From assembly GCA_963669175.1 (NCBI GenBank), contig OY769902.1, positions 288,001 to 352,000 of the forward strand: a stretch of 64,000 nucleotides of DNA, given 5' to 3'. Below the pieces are notes generated by a model that worked only from the letters and a program-made list of their open reading frames with translations, did not search any database and had not been told where the DNA came from. Below, piece by piece: positions 29,919 to 40,369 of this stretch (its first letter is position 1; each line of letters opens with the position of its first letter). A program made the translations under genes and the position numbers. This DNA comes from a bacterium. GTDB lineage: Bacteria; Electryoneota; Electryoneia; Electryoneales; Electryoneaceae.

Positions 29919-31910
29919 TTACTTGACCAGGTATAACTTCTGGACCAGCGCTTGTCCCTGGAACCCGATCCGCAGGAAATACACCCCCGCAGGCTCGCTT
30001 CCCATGTCCAGCGGGATGATGTTGCGACCGTCCTGCATGACATGGGCAGCCTGTTTCACGCATTGCCCCAACAGGTTGTACACGGCCAATTGAACCTCGC
30101 CCGGTTCCGGCAGGTTCAGCAAGGCGCGTGTTTCTCCGTTGAAGGGGTTGGGGTAGGCCGGATTCAACGTGAAGTCAGATGGAGTGTTATCCGCTGAAGA
30201 CTCAACCCCCAGGTCATCCACAATGAAGCTCCATGTCTCCCTGGCGGGTTGCGCCCCACCGTGCTCATCCCGTGCCACTACAGTCCAGAAATACAGCTCA
30301 TTGTTGGGCGGGACAAATGCCCACTGAGTATCTGTCAGTCCTATCGCGGCAGGATCATCCATGTAATATCTGTCCGTTGTCAGGTACACATCATAGCGAA
30401 TTTCAGACGACGGGTCGTTGGACGCTTCCCAGGATAGGGTTATCGTCGAATCCAAACCAAAAACGGTACTATCAAGCGGTTCCAGCAGAGAAAACGGCGC
30501 CGGAGGATGATTCGCCACGAAATGCCAGGTTTCGTCGGATAATCGTTCCAACCCATTGCTCTCATAGCGCGCACGTATACGCCAATAATAAGTCATCCCC
30601 TCAAAAAAACCGGATATGGTAAGGGTTGTATCTGCGCCAACCACATTGGCATGAAAGTTATCCTCATCCCCCTGCGAAAGCTCCAGGATATAGACAATGC
30701 TATCTCTGAGGTCCGTATCTGACGCGGCATGCCACTGGAAGGTAATCGGTTGAGTAGCATATTGCCCAATAGCAGGTCTGATCAGGTTGAATGCACCCGG
30801 CGGGGTACTTTGACGCCACCAGGACACACCATCCAGGTCCAACCCGGCACAGGCAAAGTCCATGTCCGTATCCCCATCAAGGTCGGCCATGGCGAGGCCT
30901 ATAGGACCATCATACTGCTCGGTGATGACTTCCTGCAAAAAAGCGCCATTATCGTTTTCCCACAGGAAAATGGTGTCCGTTACGTATCCCCCGGCGATCA
31001 CGTCCTCGTCGCCATCGCCATCAATATCCCCTGTCGCTACTGAATACGCATTGTCCAGGGGAGGGATCAGAATGTTCTGGTTAAAGTTGCCGTTCCCATG
31101 GCTTGCCCACCAGGCTACATAGTCGCCATCACTCATAGCGGCGATAACGTCCATGTGGTCATCACCATTAAGATTGCACAGTTTGAGTTTGCGTGGCGAA
31201 TTGATGCTGGCGCTGATCGAATGACTCTCGAACTCCCCCTGGCCATCGTTTTCCAGCCAATCGATACGGTCGGCATAGGTGGCGATAACATAAAGGTCTA
31301 CATCCCCATCGTTATCAATATCGTCCGCTTCAACCCCTGCTGCACCGTCGTAGTTGGTGAGAATCGTGTGGGTGGTAAAATTCATATCGCCATTGTTTTC
31401 AAACCAGGCCACCACATCTGCACCGGAAGCAGCTCCAATGACATCCAGGTCACCATCATTGTCCAGATCGGCAAAGGTCATAGCTAACGGACCGTCAAAT
31501 TCGCCACACAGCACATGCGTGGCGAATTCCATGGAACCGTTATTCTCCAGCCAGAGGAATTCATCCTGTCCGCCGGCAGTACAAACCAGGAGATCCAGAA
31601 ACCCATCTTCATCCTGGTTCAAGTTGACCGCGCGTACGAAGTTGGCGCCTTCACAATGATCTGCAAGGATGGATGCTGTAAAATTACCGTCACCATCATT
31701 TTCGCAGAAAACAACCTGGCCTGCAAACATGGCTGCAACAACCCCATCCACGTCCCCATCCTGATCCATATCCTCCAGGATCACGGTACGAGCGCCGTCA
31801 AGTGAACCGTCGGCAACCATCTCTTCCAGTACAAACAGCCTCTCTGCAAAGGCAGTCGAAGTTACAAACAGGACAGCGAAGCTTCCCCATATCACAAGTA
31901 ATCGAATCAT
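29919..31910 (-). CDS. FG-GAP/VCBS-repeat protein with Fn3-like modules and T9SS CTD
   Basis: DxDxDGDxD...W.EN.G repeats; AYPNPFN CTD. Confidence 0.85.
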   Translation of the reverse strand: MIRLLVIWGSFAVLFVTSTAFAERLFVLEEMVADGSLDGARTVILEDMDQDGDVDGVVAAMFAGQVVFCENDGDGNFTASILADHCEGANFVRAVNLNQDEDGFLDLLVCTAGGQDEFLWLENNGSMEFATHVLCGEFDGPLAMTFADLDNDGDLDVIGAASGADVVAWFENNGDMNFTTHTILTNYDGAAGVEADDIDNDGDVDLYVIATYADRIDWLENDGQGEFESHSISASINSPRKLKLCNLNGDDHMDVIAAMSDGDYVAWWASHGNGNFNQNILIPPLDNAYSVATGDIDGDGDEDVIAGGYVTDTIFLWENDNGAFLQEVITEQYDGPIGLAMADLDGDTDMDFACAGLDLDGVSWWRQSTPPGAFNLIRPAIGQYATQPITFQWHAASDTDLRDSIVYILELSQGDEDNFHANVVGADTTLTISGFFEGMTYYWRIRARYESNGLERLSDETWHFVANHPPAPFSLLEPLDSTVFGLDSTITLSWEASNDPSSEIRYDVYLTTDRYYMDDPAAIGLTDTQWAFVPPNNELYFWTVVARDEHGGAQPARETWSFIVDDLGVESSADNTPSDFTLNPAYPNPFNGETRALLNLPEPGEVQLAVYNLLGQCVKQAAHVMQDGRNIIPLDMGSEPAGVYFLRIGFQGQALVQKLYLVK

Positions 31911-31927
31911 GCTGTTGTTCCTTCCGA

Positions 31928-34405
31928 CTATTTAATCAATACGATTTTCTCCATCGCTTTCATTGATCCGACAGTGGCTTCAACGAAGTAAATGCCTGAA
32001 GTCCAGCTTGCAGCTTGCAGCGAAATCTTATGATGTCCGGCATGCATCGGCTGGTTCACGAGGGTTGCTACACGTTGTCCCAATACGTTGAAAACGGACA
32101 AGCGCAATGTGCCTTCTGAAGGCAGCGCAACAACCAGGCTTGTGGTTGAGTTAAACGGGTTCGGATAAATGGTCTCTATGGCAAAGTCAGTCGGCAGGCT
32201 ACCAGTGTCCCAATCATCAACCGCCCCACCATCCCAATCGATGGTAAGCGAATCAAGTCCTTCTGCAATGACTTCTTCATCATCGATGTCGTAAACCGCG
32301 GATACTGTGTAGAGATACGTTCCGGCTGTCGGCATGGTATCGGTCAATGTGGAATCCGTAGCTGTGCCGATTTCCTCGCCGTTGCGATAGACGACAAATT
32401 CAATGAATTCATCCAACTCGTTATCCGGGCCGATTTCGGCCAGGACTTCATCACCGTAATCCACGATAGCGCGGATCATGACAGTTGTACCAAAAGCTGT
32501 CCAGCCACCACCTGTATCGAAATACGCCCTGTCATTATTTGCACCGGCGTTGTACCCGATACCGACATCAGCGGAAAGCATGCTCATGACAGCCATAAAA
32601 TCTCCCTCGACTGCCACGGGTGTGTCGAGCGTGACTTCAATCCATCCTTCATTCACGGACGTAGCTGTCTGGGAAACCAATTCCGTTGTTCCCGGAGCGC
32701 CATCATCCCAGTTGTACACCGTCGCGTTGAAGGTATTATCATTGCCACTGGGCAGGGTGAAATACTTCAACCCAATCACATCACATGGCCCGGTCGGCGA
32801 CATCTTCACCCCCACCAGGGTGCCATTCCCGTTGGCATAATACCCGGTAACATTCCCATTGTCATAGGACAGTTCATCAACCCCGCTACCGCCTGATGCA
32901 TGCCGTGACCAGATCAGGTCCACGATACCCAGGGCAGAGTCAATTTCCGCGCCAAGGTTGTATGGCGGCAATACCATCTCCACCCAGAATGTCCACACAC
33001 CGGCGCTCCAGCGACCATTGGTGTTCGTGTCACATGCGCGAACTTTCCAGAAATACAACGAACCGTCAATCAGGTTGGAAACCGTCAGACATGTCGTGTC
33101 TACCTGGGCGCTGTCAACATTTTCCGAGAAACTGGAATTCGTTGCCCACCAGACCATGTAGTGTGTCAAAGAATCGCCATCATCCGGATCGGTGGTCGCC
33201 TGCCAGACCAGGATGGTATCCGTGCCCGTAACCGTGCATCCGATTCTGGGGCTCATCAGGTTAAAGGTGTTTGGCGGACGCCAGCCGGAATCCAGGTCAC
33301 TTTCCAACCAGACAATCTGGTTACCCCGTCGGGCCGCGCACATGATATCCAGATCGCCATCCAAATCCATATCAACAGCCTCGACACAACGAAGACCATC
33401 AAGGGTTCCCGGAATCTGGTGCGCAACCCATTCCTCTTCGCCCCCTTCCCACCAGATCGCAAAATCTCCGTCCCAGGCAGCCGCAATCACGTCCAGATCA
33501 CCATCCAGGTCTAAATCTGCCGCATCGATTCCGTATGCTCCTGTCACTCCCGTCGCAATAGAATGCTCAGTGAAGTTGGCTTCACCATCATTCTCATACC
33601 ATTGGGCTTCTCCGGCCGTATAGTTGGCCGCGATGATGTCGATGTCGCCATCCCCGTCCAGGTCAACTGTCTTGGTCGTCTTCTGGTCCAGGCTGTTATT
33701 CTGATCAATGATCGTTTCAGTGAAACCACCTTCACCGTCATTCTCATACCAGGAGATGATACCATTGGGGCTTGTGCCGCCGGCGCCGATGATATCCAGG
33801 TCGTCATCACCATCCACATCACCATACCAGGCAAACCGCACTCCCGTATGCGCATCTGTTACTACCAGAGGAGTGAAATTCTCGTCTCCGTCATTGACGT
33901 AAATCTTGATCGTGTCTGTGTTCTTGGCGCAGGCCAGCAAATCCAGGTCATCATCCCCGTCATACTGGAAGGCGGTAATCATTTGCGCGCCATCCATTTC
34001 GCTGTCCAGAAGATGATAGGTGAACACTTCGCTCCCATTGTTATCCCACCAGGCTACCATATCTCCATCTTCCGCAGCGCCCAGCACGTCGAGATCACCA
34101 TCGCCATCCACGTCGACCAGTTCCACATACCACGCGCCGTTAAAGTCATTATGGATAATGTGCTCGGTGAATTCCATATCGCCGTCATTCTCATACCAGC
34201 ACACATCGTCATCTTCAAAGGCGCAACCAATAAAATCAATGTCGCCATCACCGTCTATATCGGCGGCATCAACCCAGTCTGCTCCCATAAAACTGGACAC
34301 AAGAATATTGGCAGTGAAATCAGGTTGTGCCTGAAGAATACCGAAAAGAGCAACCACAGAAATAACAGCAAAAACAAACCGAACAGCATGACCCCTGGCA
34401 AACAT
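31928..34405 (-). CDS. FG-GAP/VCBS-repeat protein with Fn3-like modules and T9SS CTD
   Basis: DxDGDGDxD...WYEND repeats; IYPNPFNS CTD. Confidence 0.85.
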   Translation of the reverse strand: MFARGHAVRFVFAVISVVALFGILQAQPDFTANILVSSFMGADWVDAADIDGDGDIDFIGCAFEDDDVCWYENDGDMEFTEHIIHNDFNGAWYVELVDVDGDGDLDVLGAAEDGDMVAWWDNNGSEVFTYHLLDSEMDGAQMITAFQYDGDDDLDLLACAKNTDTIKIYVNDGDENFTPLVVTDAHTGVRFAWYGDVDGDDDLDIIGAGGTSPNGIISWYENDGEGGFTETIIDQNNSLDQKTTKTVDLDGDGDIDIIAANYTAGEAQWYENDGEANFTEHSIATGVTGAYGIDAADLDLDGDLDVIAAAWDGDFAIWWEGGEEEWVAHQIPGTLDGLRCVEAVDMDLDGDLDIMCAARRGNQIVWLESDLDSGWRPPNTFNLMSPRIGCTVTGTDTILVWQATTDPDDGDSLTHYMVWWATNSSFSENVDSAQVDTTCLTVSNLIDGSLYFWKVRACDTNTNGRWSAGVWTFWVEMVLPPYNLGAEIDSALGIVDLIWSRHASGGSGVDELSYDNGNVTGYYANGNGTLVGVKMSPTGPCDVIGLKYFTLPSGNDNTFNATVYNWDDGAPGTTELVSQTATSVNEGWIEVTLDTPVAVEGDFMAVMSMLSADVGIGYNAGANNDRAYFDTGGGWTAFGTTVMIRAIVDYGDEVLAEIGPDNELDEFIEFVVYRNGEEIGTATDSTLTDTMPTAGTYLYTVSAVYDIDDEEVIAEGLDSLTIDWDGGAVDDWDTGSLPTDFAIETIYPNPFNSTTSLVVALPSEGTLRLSVFNVLGQRVATLVNQPMHAGHHKISLQAASWTSGIYFVEATVGSMKAMEKIVLIK

Positions 34406-34478
34406 GACACGCCTCCCGAGATGAGGATATGCATTGTTGTAAAATTACCAGCCTTGGCTGGACCGCGTTGTTACTAAA

Positions 34479-37064
34479 CTACCTTACTAAAATAACCTTT
34501 GAAACAGCTTGTGCTCCTGTGCTCTGTGAGATTTTCAAGAAGAACACCCCGGAGGACAGCCCGCCACCCGGTTGCCAGCAGATTTCCCTGTAGCCGGCTT
34601 CCATTTGCGAATACTGACGATGAAACACTTCCCTCCCGGTAATGTCGAACACCTGGAGCTTCACATCGTCCCGAACCGGCAGGGCGAGAGTGACGCGTAC
34701 CATGGAATTGAACGGATTGGGCCATGATGATACGATGTCAAACTGCTCTGGGAGCTCGCTGCTTCGCGTTTGCTGGTCCCCTACGGGCAAGGTTACATGG
34801 GCACGGAAACGTCCGGGCTGAAGGCAGCGAGTCTCCTCTGAGCCCAGCCACGCCGATACTTCCCACTCGGAAGCATACAAGCCTTCTTCCGGCAAGTACT
34901 GCAGTGTGTCTAAAAGGGAAAGTGTAAAGCTGGTATCCTGAAGCCCGTGATACTGGATAGTCTGAGCGTCGTGGTTCCGACCAACTGTGATGTACAGGGA
35001 ATAGGTGAACTCATCATTCGGATCTGCTAACGGCGGTTGATTCCAGCGGAATGTGACCGGCTGGTTGTGGTCCAGCAGCAACGTATCATAATCGGTCGGT
35101 TCCAGCAGGTTGAAAAAGCCAGGCGCTGCATCCCCTGTATACTCCATGGACAAAAGACTGCAAGTCGTAGCCAGCAGCCAGTCATTTTCATCCATAACTG
35201 TACTCACAACAGAAAGCCCGGCGGGCAAATCATAGCTGCCTGTAACTGCCCAGTTCTCCGACTGACTGACCGGACGATGGACAAGAAGATTCGCTCCGGC
35301 ATCCATGGTTATTACGGCAGAACTATTTTGCGCGATCTGGGATATAGGGAACTCTGCCCCCAAATAGTCAATCACACGGGCATACCCGTATTGAGGATAG
35401 GCGTTCATGTCCAGCACAGCCGCCACCCGGCTGTTCGTCTCCGCGATCATCAAACCGGAATTGACCGAGAAATCCCCGATCCGGTATCGGTTGTAAACCA
35501 GACCAAGGGGAGTGATATTCTCCGGGTCACTGATGTCAAACCCATACACACCATCAGCCCGAATGCTGAAATAGGCGATATCTCCATCCACAACAAACCG
35601 CGAATAATCCTCATCAAACCCCATATCCAGTGCATTGCACACACCCAACAACTGCGGTGATTCCGGATCAGTCAGATCGTAGGAAAGCAGCGCATTATTC
35701 CAGGGTTGCAGACTGAGAAACATTACATACAATATGGAGTTTTGGATTTGAGGCTTGAAAAACGTGCCAGAACTGGGATAGGTTACCTGGCCGACAAGAG
35801 CGGGCGTATCGGGTTCAGAAACATCAATAATATACATCACACCTTCATCATTGGTGGCGTAGACTGTGTTGCCTTCTCCTGTTATACCGATAGTATTTCC
35901 GGGGATATCCAGTCTGCCAAGATACACTGGCTGCTCCGGGTCAGCCCTATCGACAATCCAGACACCGTCACAACCATTCGCAATATATACCCGGCGATCC
36001 ATCCCCCAGACATCCTGAATTTGCCCCGTATGCGTTACACGTTCAGTCCAGTATGCTTCTGCCGGGTTTTCGAGGTTCAACTCTTTCAGTCCCAGGCTTT
36101 TCCAGTTACTGTTTACACCAGCGATCACCGTGTTCTGGTAGCCAACCATGGCACGGATATCATACGTACGTGGCAAATCGCATAATCTGTGTGGATGCCT
36201 GGGATCAGCAAACGAGGTTATGCCAATACCATCTGTTGTCTGGTGTATCGCCAGCGTATCGTGAAGGACAATCAAGTTCCTTGTGGATGAACTGGAATAC
36301 GCTGAAAAGGATCCGTCAAAATTCACAGATAAATCATCATTTACTGAATAAATAGATATGATACTTCTGTTTCCTGTATAATAATACAAAATATCATTAA
36401 ACACAAACATATAGCTTACATAGCCTATATCATAGTCAATCCCAAGAACGTTTGGCTGCTCAAGGTCGGATAAATCAATAACACCAACCCTGGAGTTGCG
36501 GCGATAGAACAGGCCATGACGAGCGACCCTGATCGAATTGATAGTCCCATTGACGCCTGTTGTTGATAACAGGTTGATATTCTGGGGGTTGTCCACATTG
36601 TATATCAGAACCTGGCTGCTGTCCGACACTTGACTCATGGTATACATGACAATCAGATGGTCATCATACTTGTTCACTTCGAGAGTCTGGCTTCCCGTAA
36701 ATGGTATCTGGCCAAGGACTTCAGGCTGGGCCGGATCCCCCACATCCACCATGATTACTCCCTCTCCCGGGACCGGCAGATACACAACCGACTGAATTTG
36801 AAGCAGGGTGGTGATATCTCGGTGAAGATCAAGGCTGGCGACTTCAGTAAAACAGGAGGGATCTGCCATATCGTAAATCAGCAGACCACTCCAACCGCTG
36901 GCGATATACATATAGTCGCCATCAGCAAGAATATCGGTGCAGTCATCCCAGTTGATTTTGAGCGTACTGATACAGCTTACATTCAAACTATCCTGCGAAA
37001 AAACTGTACCTGTCGTGAGAACAGAGAGAATGACCAGGATGGGAAGCAAACGGATCGGTTTCAT
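34479..37064 (-). CDS. LVIVD-repeat beta-propeller protein with T9SS CTD
   Basis: GGAGG RBS before ATG 37064; G..I.D.SDP..P repeats; SWPNPFNS CTD. Confidence 0.8.
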   Translation of the reverse strand: MKPIRLLPILVILSVLTTGTVFSQDSLNVSCISTLKINWDDCTDILADGDYMYIASGWSGLLIYDMADPSCFTEVASLDLHRDITTLLQIQSVVYLPVPGEGVIMVDVGDPAQPEVLGQIPFTGSQTLEVNKYDDHLIVMYTMSQVSDSSQVLIYNVDNPQNINLLSTTGVNGTINSIRVARHGLFYRRNSRVGVIDLSDLEQPNVLGIDYDIGYVSYMFVFNDILYYYTGNRSIISIYSVNDDLSVNFDGSFSAYSSSSTRNLIVLHDTLAIHQTTDGIGITSFADPRHPHRLCDLPRTYDIRAMVGYQNTVIAGVNSNWKSLGLKELNLENPAEAYWTERVTHTGQIQDVWGMDRRVYIANGCDGVWIVDRADPEQPVYLGRLDIPGNTIGITGEGNTVYATNDEGVMYIIDVSEPDTPALVGQVTYPSSGTFFKPQIQNSILYVMFLSLQPWNNALLSYDLTDPESPQLLGVCNALDMGFDEDYSRFVVDGDIAYFSIRADGVYGFDISDPENITPLGLVYNRYRIGDFSVNSGLMIAETNSRVAAVLDMNAYPQYGYARVIDYLGAEFPISQIAQNSSAVITMDAGANLLVHRPVSQSENWAVTGSYDLPAGLSVVSTVMDENDWLLATTCSLLSMEYTGDAAPGFFNLLEPTDYDTLLLDHNQPVTFRWNQPPLADPNDEFTYSLYITVGRNHDAQTIQYHGLQDTSFTLSLLDTLQYLPEEGLYASEWEVSAWLGSEETRCLQPGRFRAHVTLPVGDQQTRSSELPEQFDIVSSWPNPFNSMVRVTLALPVRDDVKLQVFDITGREVFHRQYSQMEAGYREICWQPGGGLSSGVFFLKISQSTGAQAVSKVILVR

Positions 37065-37229
37065 GAATCCTCCCTTGGCGTGCAGGCAACCGTACGTGAA
37101 ATCAATAAGAGTACAACTTGATACGTATATGAGAGTATACACTCAGAAGAGTGAACAGAAAAGATTTGCTCACGAAAAAGTGCAAAAAAATCAGGCTGCT
37201 CACAAGAATTTGTGCATATTATCGACGAG

Positions 37230-37490
37230 CACGTTTCGTCAGGTCTTGACGTGATGCCTTGTTCTTCTCCGCAATTTCAGACACCTGTCCGACTTCACAG
37301 CTGCTATTTCGCATGATAGATCGTCATCAGGCATCATGTTGTGACCTGACGACAGCGAGAGTGCTGATACCGGTGGCAGGTCATAACGCGACAATAACAG
37401 GACGAGAAGTGGTTTCAGTATCATGTGCATTCAGAAATACATTGCGAAAACCGAAAACAGAATGTCGCGTCAAGACCTGCCACAACATTG
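37230..37490. repeat. GTCAGGTC/GACCTGAC palindromic repeat cluster
   Basis: 19-nt CACGTTTCGTCAGGTCTTG shared with 45104-45122; inverted copy near 37464-37481. Confidence 0.55.
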
Positions 37491-37663
37491 CCCTGATGCA
37501 CAAATTCTTGTGAGGAACCAAAAATCATATTCCTTTTGCTGTTTCCGGCTGAAACGGAGCATGTGTTTCCGGCTCGCCGGTTCAGTTCCACGTATTTTCT
37601 GGATAGTTCATTGTACCCGCCTTATATTATCGCTTCAGATCTACTTCAGGAGTTAGATTTCTC

Positions 37664-39163
37664 ATGAAACAAAGACTCGCCCAGCTTGCGTTACCGGCTT
37701 CCCTGAACTACCTGCACGCGGCAGTCGAGTTCATTCGTTCACTCGCGGATACCGTTGGCCTGCAAAAGGATGAGATTGATGACCTTCATCTCGCTTTCGA
37801 AGAGGTGATGGTCAACATCATTCGTCATGGTCTGGAAGAAAATCCTGATGATAGTGTAGAACTGGAGTGTTTACGTCTGCCGACCGGGCTGCAAGTCACG
37901 CTGCGTGACAAGGGAAATCCCTTCGACCCCGATTTGATGCCCCAGTATTCTCCACAGGCGCCTGACGAGAACACCATGGACAGCCTGGGCGCCTACCTCG
38001 CGGAAAAAGTACTCGACGAACTCGAATACCACCATCTTGGCAGGCATGGCAACCTGACCATCCTGGTCAAACATGGCAGAGCCTACCGAATTGACGCGAC
38101 CAATCCTGAGTTGACACAGGAAACATCGTCACCAAAAGAGTTAAAACCTGTTCCGGATAATATCACCATACGTCCCCTGCGTACCAATGAAGCGGTGGAA
38201 GTGTCGCGTACTGCGTATCGCACATATGGCTACACCTATGAACCGTTCATCTATTTCCCGGACCGTGTCGTCCACATGAACCGTACCGGCAAGCTGGATT
38301 CCCTGGTTGCTGTTGACAACGATGGCGTTATCCTCGGCCATATCGCGCTGAAGCATCCCTTCAGCTCGGCACATATCGCCGAAATGGGGGTTACTTTTGT
38401 CAATCCCGATTACGAAAGCGCCCCTATCCTGAACATGCTGGCAAAAGCAGCGCTTGAACTGGCTGAGAACCAGGACTTGCGCGGTGTTTATGCGAAATTA
38501 CCTTGCCAGACTTCTTATAGCATGAGTGGCTTGCTGAAACACGGTTTCCATACTACAGCCCTGCTGGCCGGGCTCTTCCCGGTAGACAGCAAATCTCCTG
38601 AAATCAGCAGGCCGATCACACGCAAGTCTGGTGGCATTCTGCTATACAAACCCCTGGTAACCAAACGTATCCGGCTGCTATTCCCGCCGTGGGATCACAC
38701 CAGACGGTTGCAGAAGATCTATGATGAAAGTGGCATCTCTTTTAAATTCCAGGCCCCGGATGCCCAGTTCAACCCCGACCCCTGGAGCGATACGGTTGTA
38801 AGGTCGGTTACTACACCGTTCTTCAATATCGCCGACATGTACATCGAAAAGGTCGGGGCAAACTGGGAACAGACGATAAGGGTTCACTGGCGTCACCTGC
38901 TGCTGGAGAAGAAGGACGCTATCTATATTCACCTCGACCTGGAGAACCCGGCGACACCCTTCATCTGCAAACGTTGCGAAGACTGGGGATTTGTGTTTGC
39001 GGGAATATTGCCCAACGCGAACAACGGTCATGATGCTCTGGTACTGCAATACATCAACAATGTCCAGCTCGAAATGTGTCACCTGAATACCGATGACGCA
39101 GTCGCGCAGAGCCTGTTCAATGACCTGAAAGAAAACGAGACAATCCGTGAACTCGGCGCTTGA
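37664..39163 (+). CDS. RsbW-like HATPase (anti-sigma) domain fused to GNAT-like domain(s)
   Basis: EEVMVNIIRHG, RDKGNPFDP; GHIAL..AEMG..FVNPDY. Confidence 0.75.
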   Translation: MKQRLAQLALPASLNYLHAAVEFIRSLADTVGLQKDEIDDLHLAFEEVMVNIIRHGLEENPDDSVELECLRLPTGLQVTLRDKGNPFDPDLMPQYSPQAPDENTMDSLGAYLAEKVLDELEYHHLGRHGNLTILVKHGRAYRIDATNPELTQETSSPKELKPVPDNITIRPLRTNEAVEVSRTAYRTYGYTYEPFIYFPDRVVHMNRTGKLDSLVAVDNDGVILGHIALKHPFSSAHIAEMGVTFVNPDYESAPILNMLAKAALELAENQDLRGVYAKLPCQTSYSMSGLLKHGFHTTALLAGLFPVDSKSPEISRPITRKSGGILLYKPLVTKRIRLLFPPWDHTRRLQKIYDESGISFKFQAPDAQFNPDPWSDTVVRSVTTPFFNIADMYIEKVGANWEQTIRVHWRHLLLEKKDAIYIHLDLENPATPFICKRCEDWGFVFAGILPNANNGHDALVLQYINNVQLEMCHLNTDDAVAQSLFNDLKENETIRELGA

Positions 39164-39175
39164 GGAATCAGTCCG

Positions 39176-39844
39176 CTAGTTTTCAACATTCGCGCTTGTG
39201 TCGGGCGCTAGCCATCGGAAACTGGAAACGCATGCCATAAACATATCCTGGTAGTTTTCAAAATCACGCTGTAACGCATGTGCGATGATGAAAACCATCT
39301 GCTCCTCTTTCAATAAAACAAATACTCGGGTACGTGTCATCTCACCATAAATGATCTGATCATAGATCAGCCAGAGAACCTGGTCCTCGTTTTGCTGAAA
39401 TTCGCCTTTTTCCACGATTAGTGAGTTATACCGGATCGACTCACCCATTTCAGCAAACATGGAATCAGGGGAAATGCCTGCCGGAAGTTCACGTGAGCTG
39501 ACAGCGATATTGGGGGGGAGATCCTGGATCTGACGAACGTCTTCGAAATCAAAGGAATGCTCCAGTGCTACGATGTCCTGGTTCTCCGGGTATCGTGTCG
39601 TCCAACCGGCCGGAAAAGTGATCTCATAGCCCTCTGTCCGGTTGGAAAAGTACACTCGACCATCTTCCAGGGTTTCTACGCTTACCTCATCCGGTTTTTC
39701 CAGCCATGCCTGCACAGTGTTAAGAATGGTCGGCCCGAACGCGAAGGCGGCAAACACCAGCAATAACCCACCCCAGATCAGGAGGTTTTTTACGGATAAC
39801 GCCTTGGGGTCAGATTTCGGTTCGGGATTGGTGTACAAGCTCAC
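39176..39844 (-). CDS. membrane-anchored PsbP/DcrB-like protein
   Basis: N-terminal TM helix; GYEITFPAGW ... F..CVSSFR pattern. Confidence 0.55.
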   Translation of the reverse strand: MSLYTNPEPKSDPKALSVKNLLIWGGLLLVFAAFAFGPTILNTVQAWLEKPDEVSVETLEDGRVYFSNRTEGYEITFPAGWTTRYPENQDIVALEHSFDFEDVRQIQDLPPNIAVSSRELPAGISPDSMFAEMGESIRYNSLIVEKGEFQQNEDQVLWLIYDQIIYGEMTRTRVFVLLKEEQMVFIIAHALQRDFENYQDMFMACVSSFRWLAPDTSANVEN

Positions 39845-40041
39845 GCTCTAGTCCTTTTGGTTCTTTGCATCAGCTACAAGGGGACTTCTCTCTTCTTACC
39901 GGATCAATATACATCTGAACTGACCCCACAGAGATATGCCATTCCCGAAATTAAACCGACATCACGCAATCTTCAGGATGACTCACTGAAAGGTCGGCAG
40001 AAAATGGTTGGCAAAAAGGGATTGTAAAAGTATTTTCAGTA

Positions 40042-40314
40042 AAAAGGGACCGCATAAATTCTGCAGCAAAAGGGACCGTATAAATTCTGTAGCAAAAGGG
40101 GACTGTTTCCTTTTCGTCGCGCGGAGATAAAATACTTCGTGACAAAGGGAATCGAAAAGGTGGCTGTACCCTTTTGCCTGTGACGAGGAACAACACTCTA
40201 TTCAGCCCCATGAGATCAGATTCCACCACTGCGAAAAGGGTACAGTTTCCTTTTCCATAAAATCAGCGTAATTGTGCAGTATATGGCGCGGAGAAAAGGA
40301 TCCCGTCCCCTTTT
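40042..40314. repeat. REP-like element C: four AAAAGG-N9-CCTTTT palindromes plus 26-bp tandem repeats
   Basis: Palindromes at 40094, 40155, 40234, 40294; inverted homolog at 56035-56246. Confidence 0.85.
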
Positions 40315-40369
40315 CGTGGCAGTTCCTCCCCTGTCACGATGACGGAATATATTCGGGAACAGCTTTTAT

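Noticed and set aside
40094-40314. CRISPR array of 21-bp palindromes
   Set aside because: Repeats are non-identical, spacing is irregular, and spacers are homologous to those of the 56 kb copy
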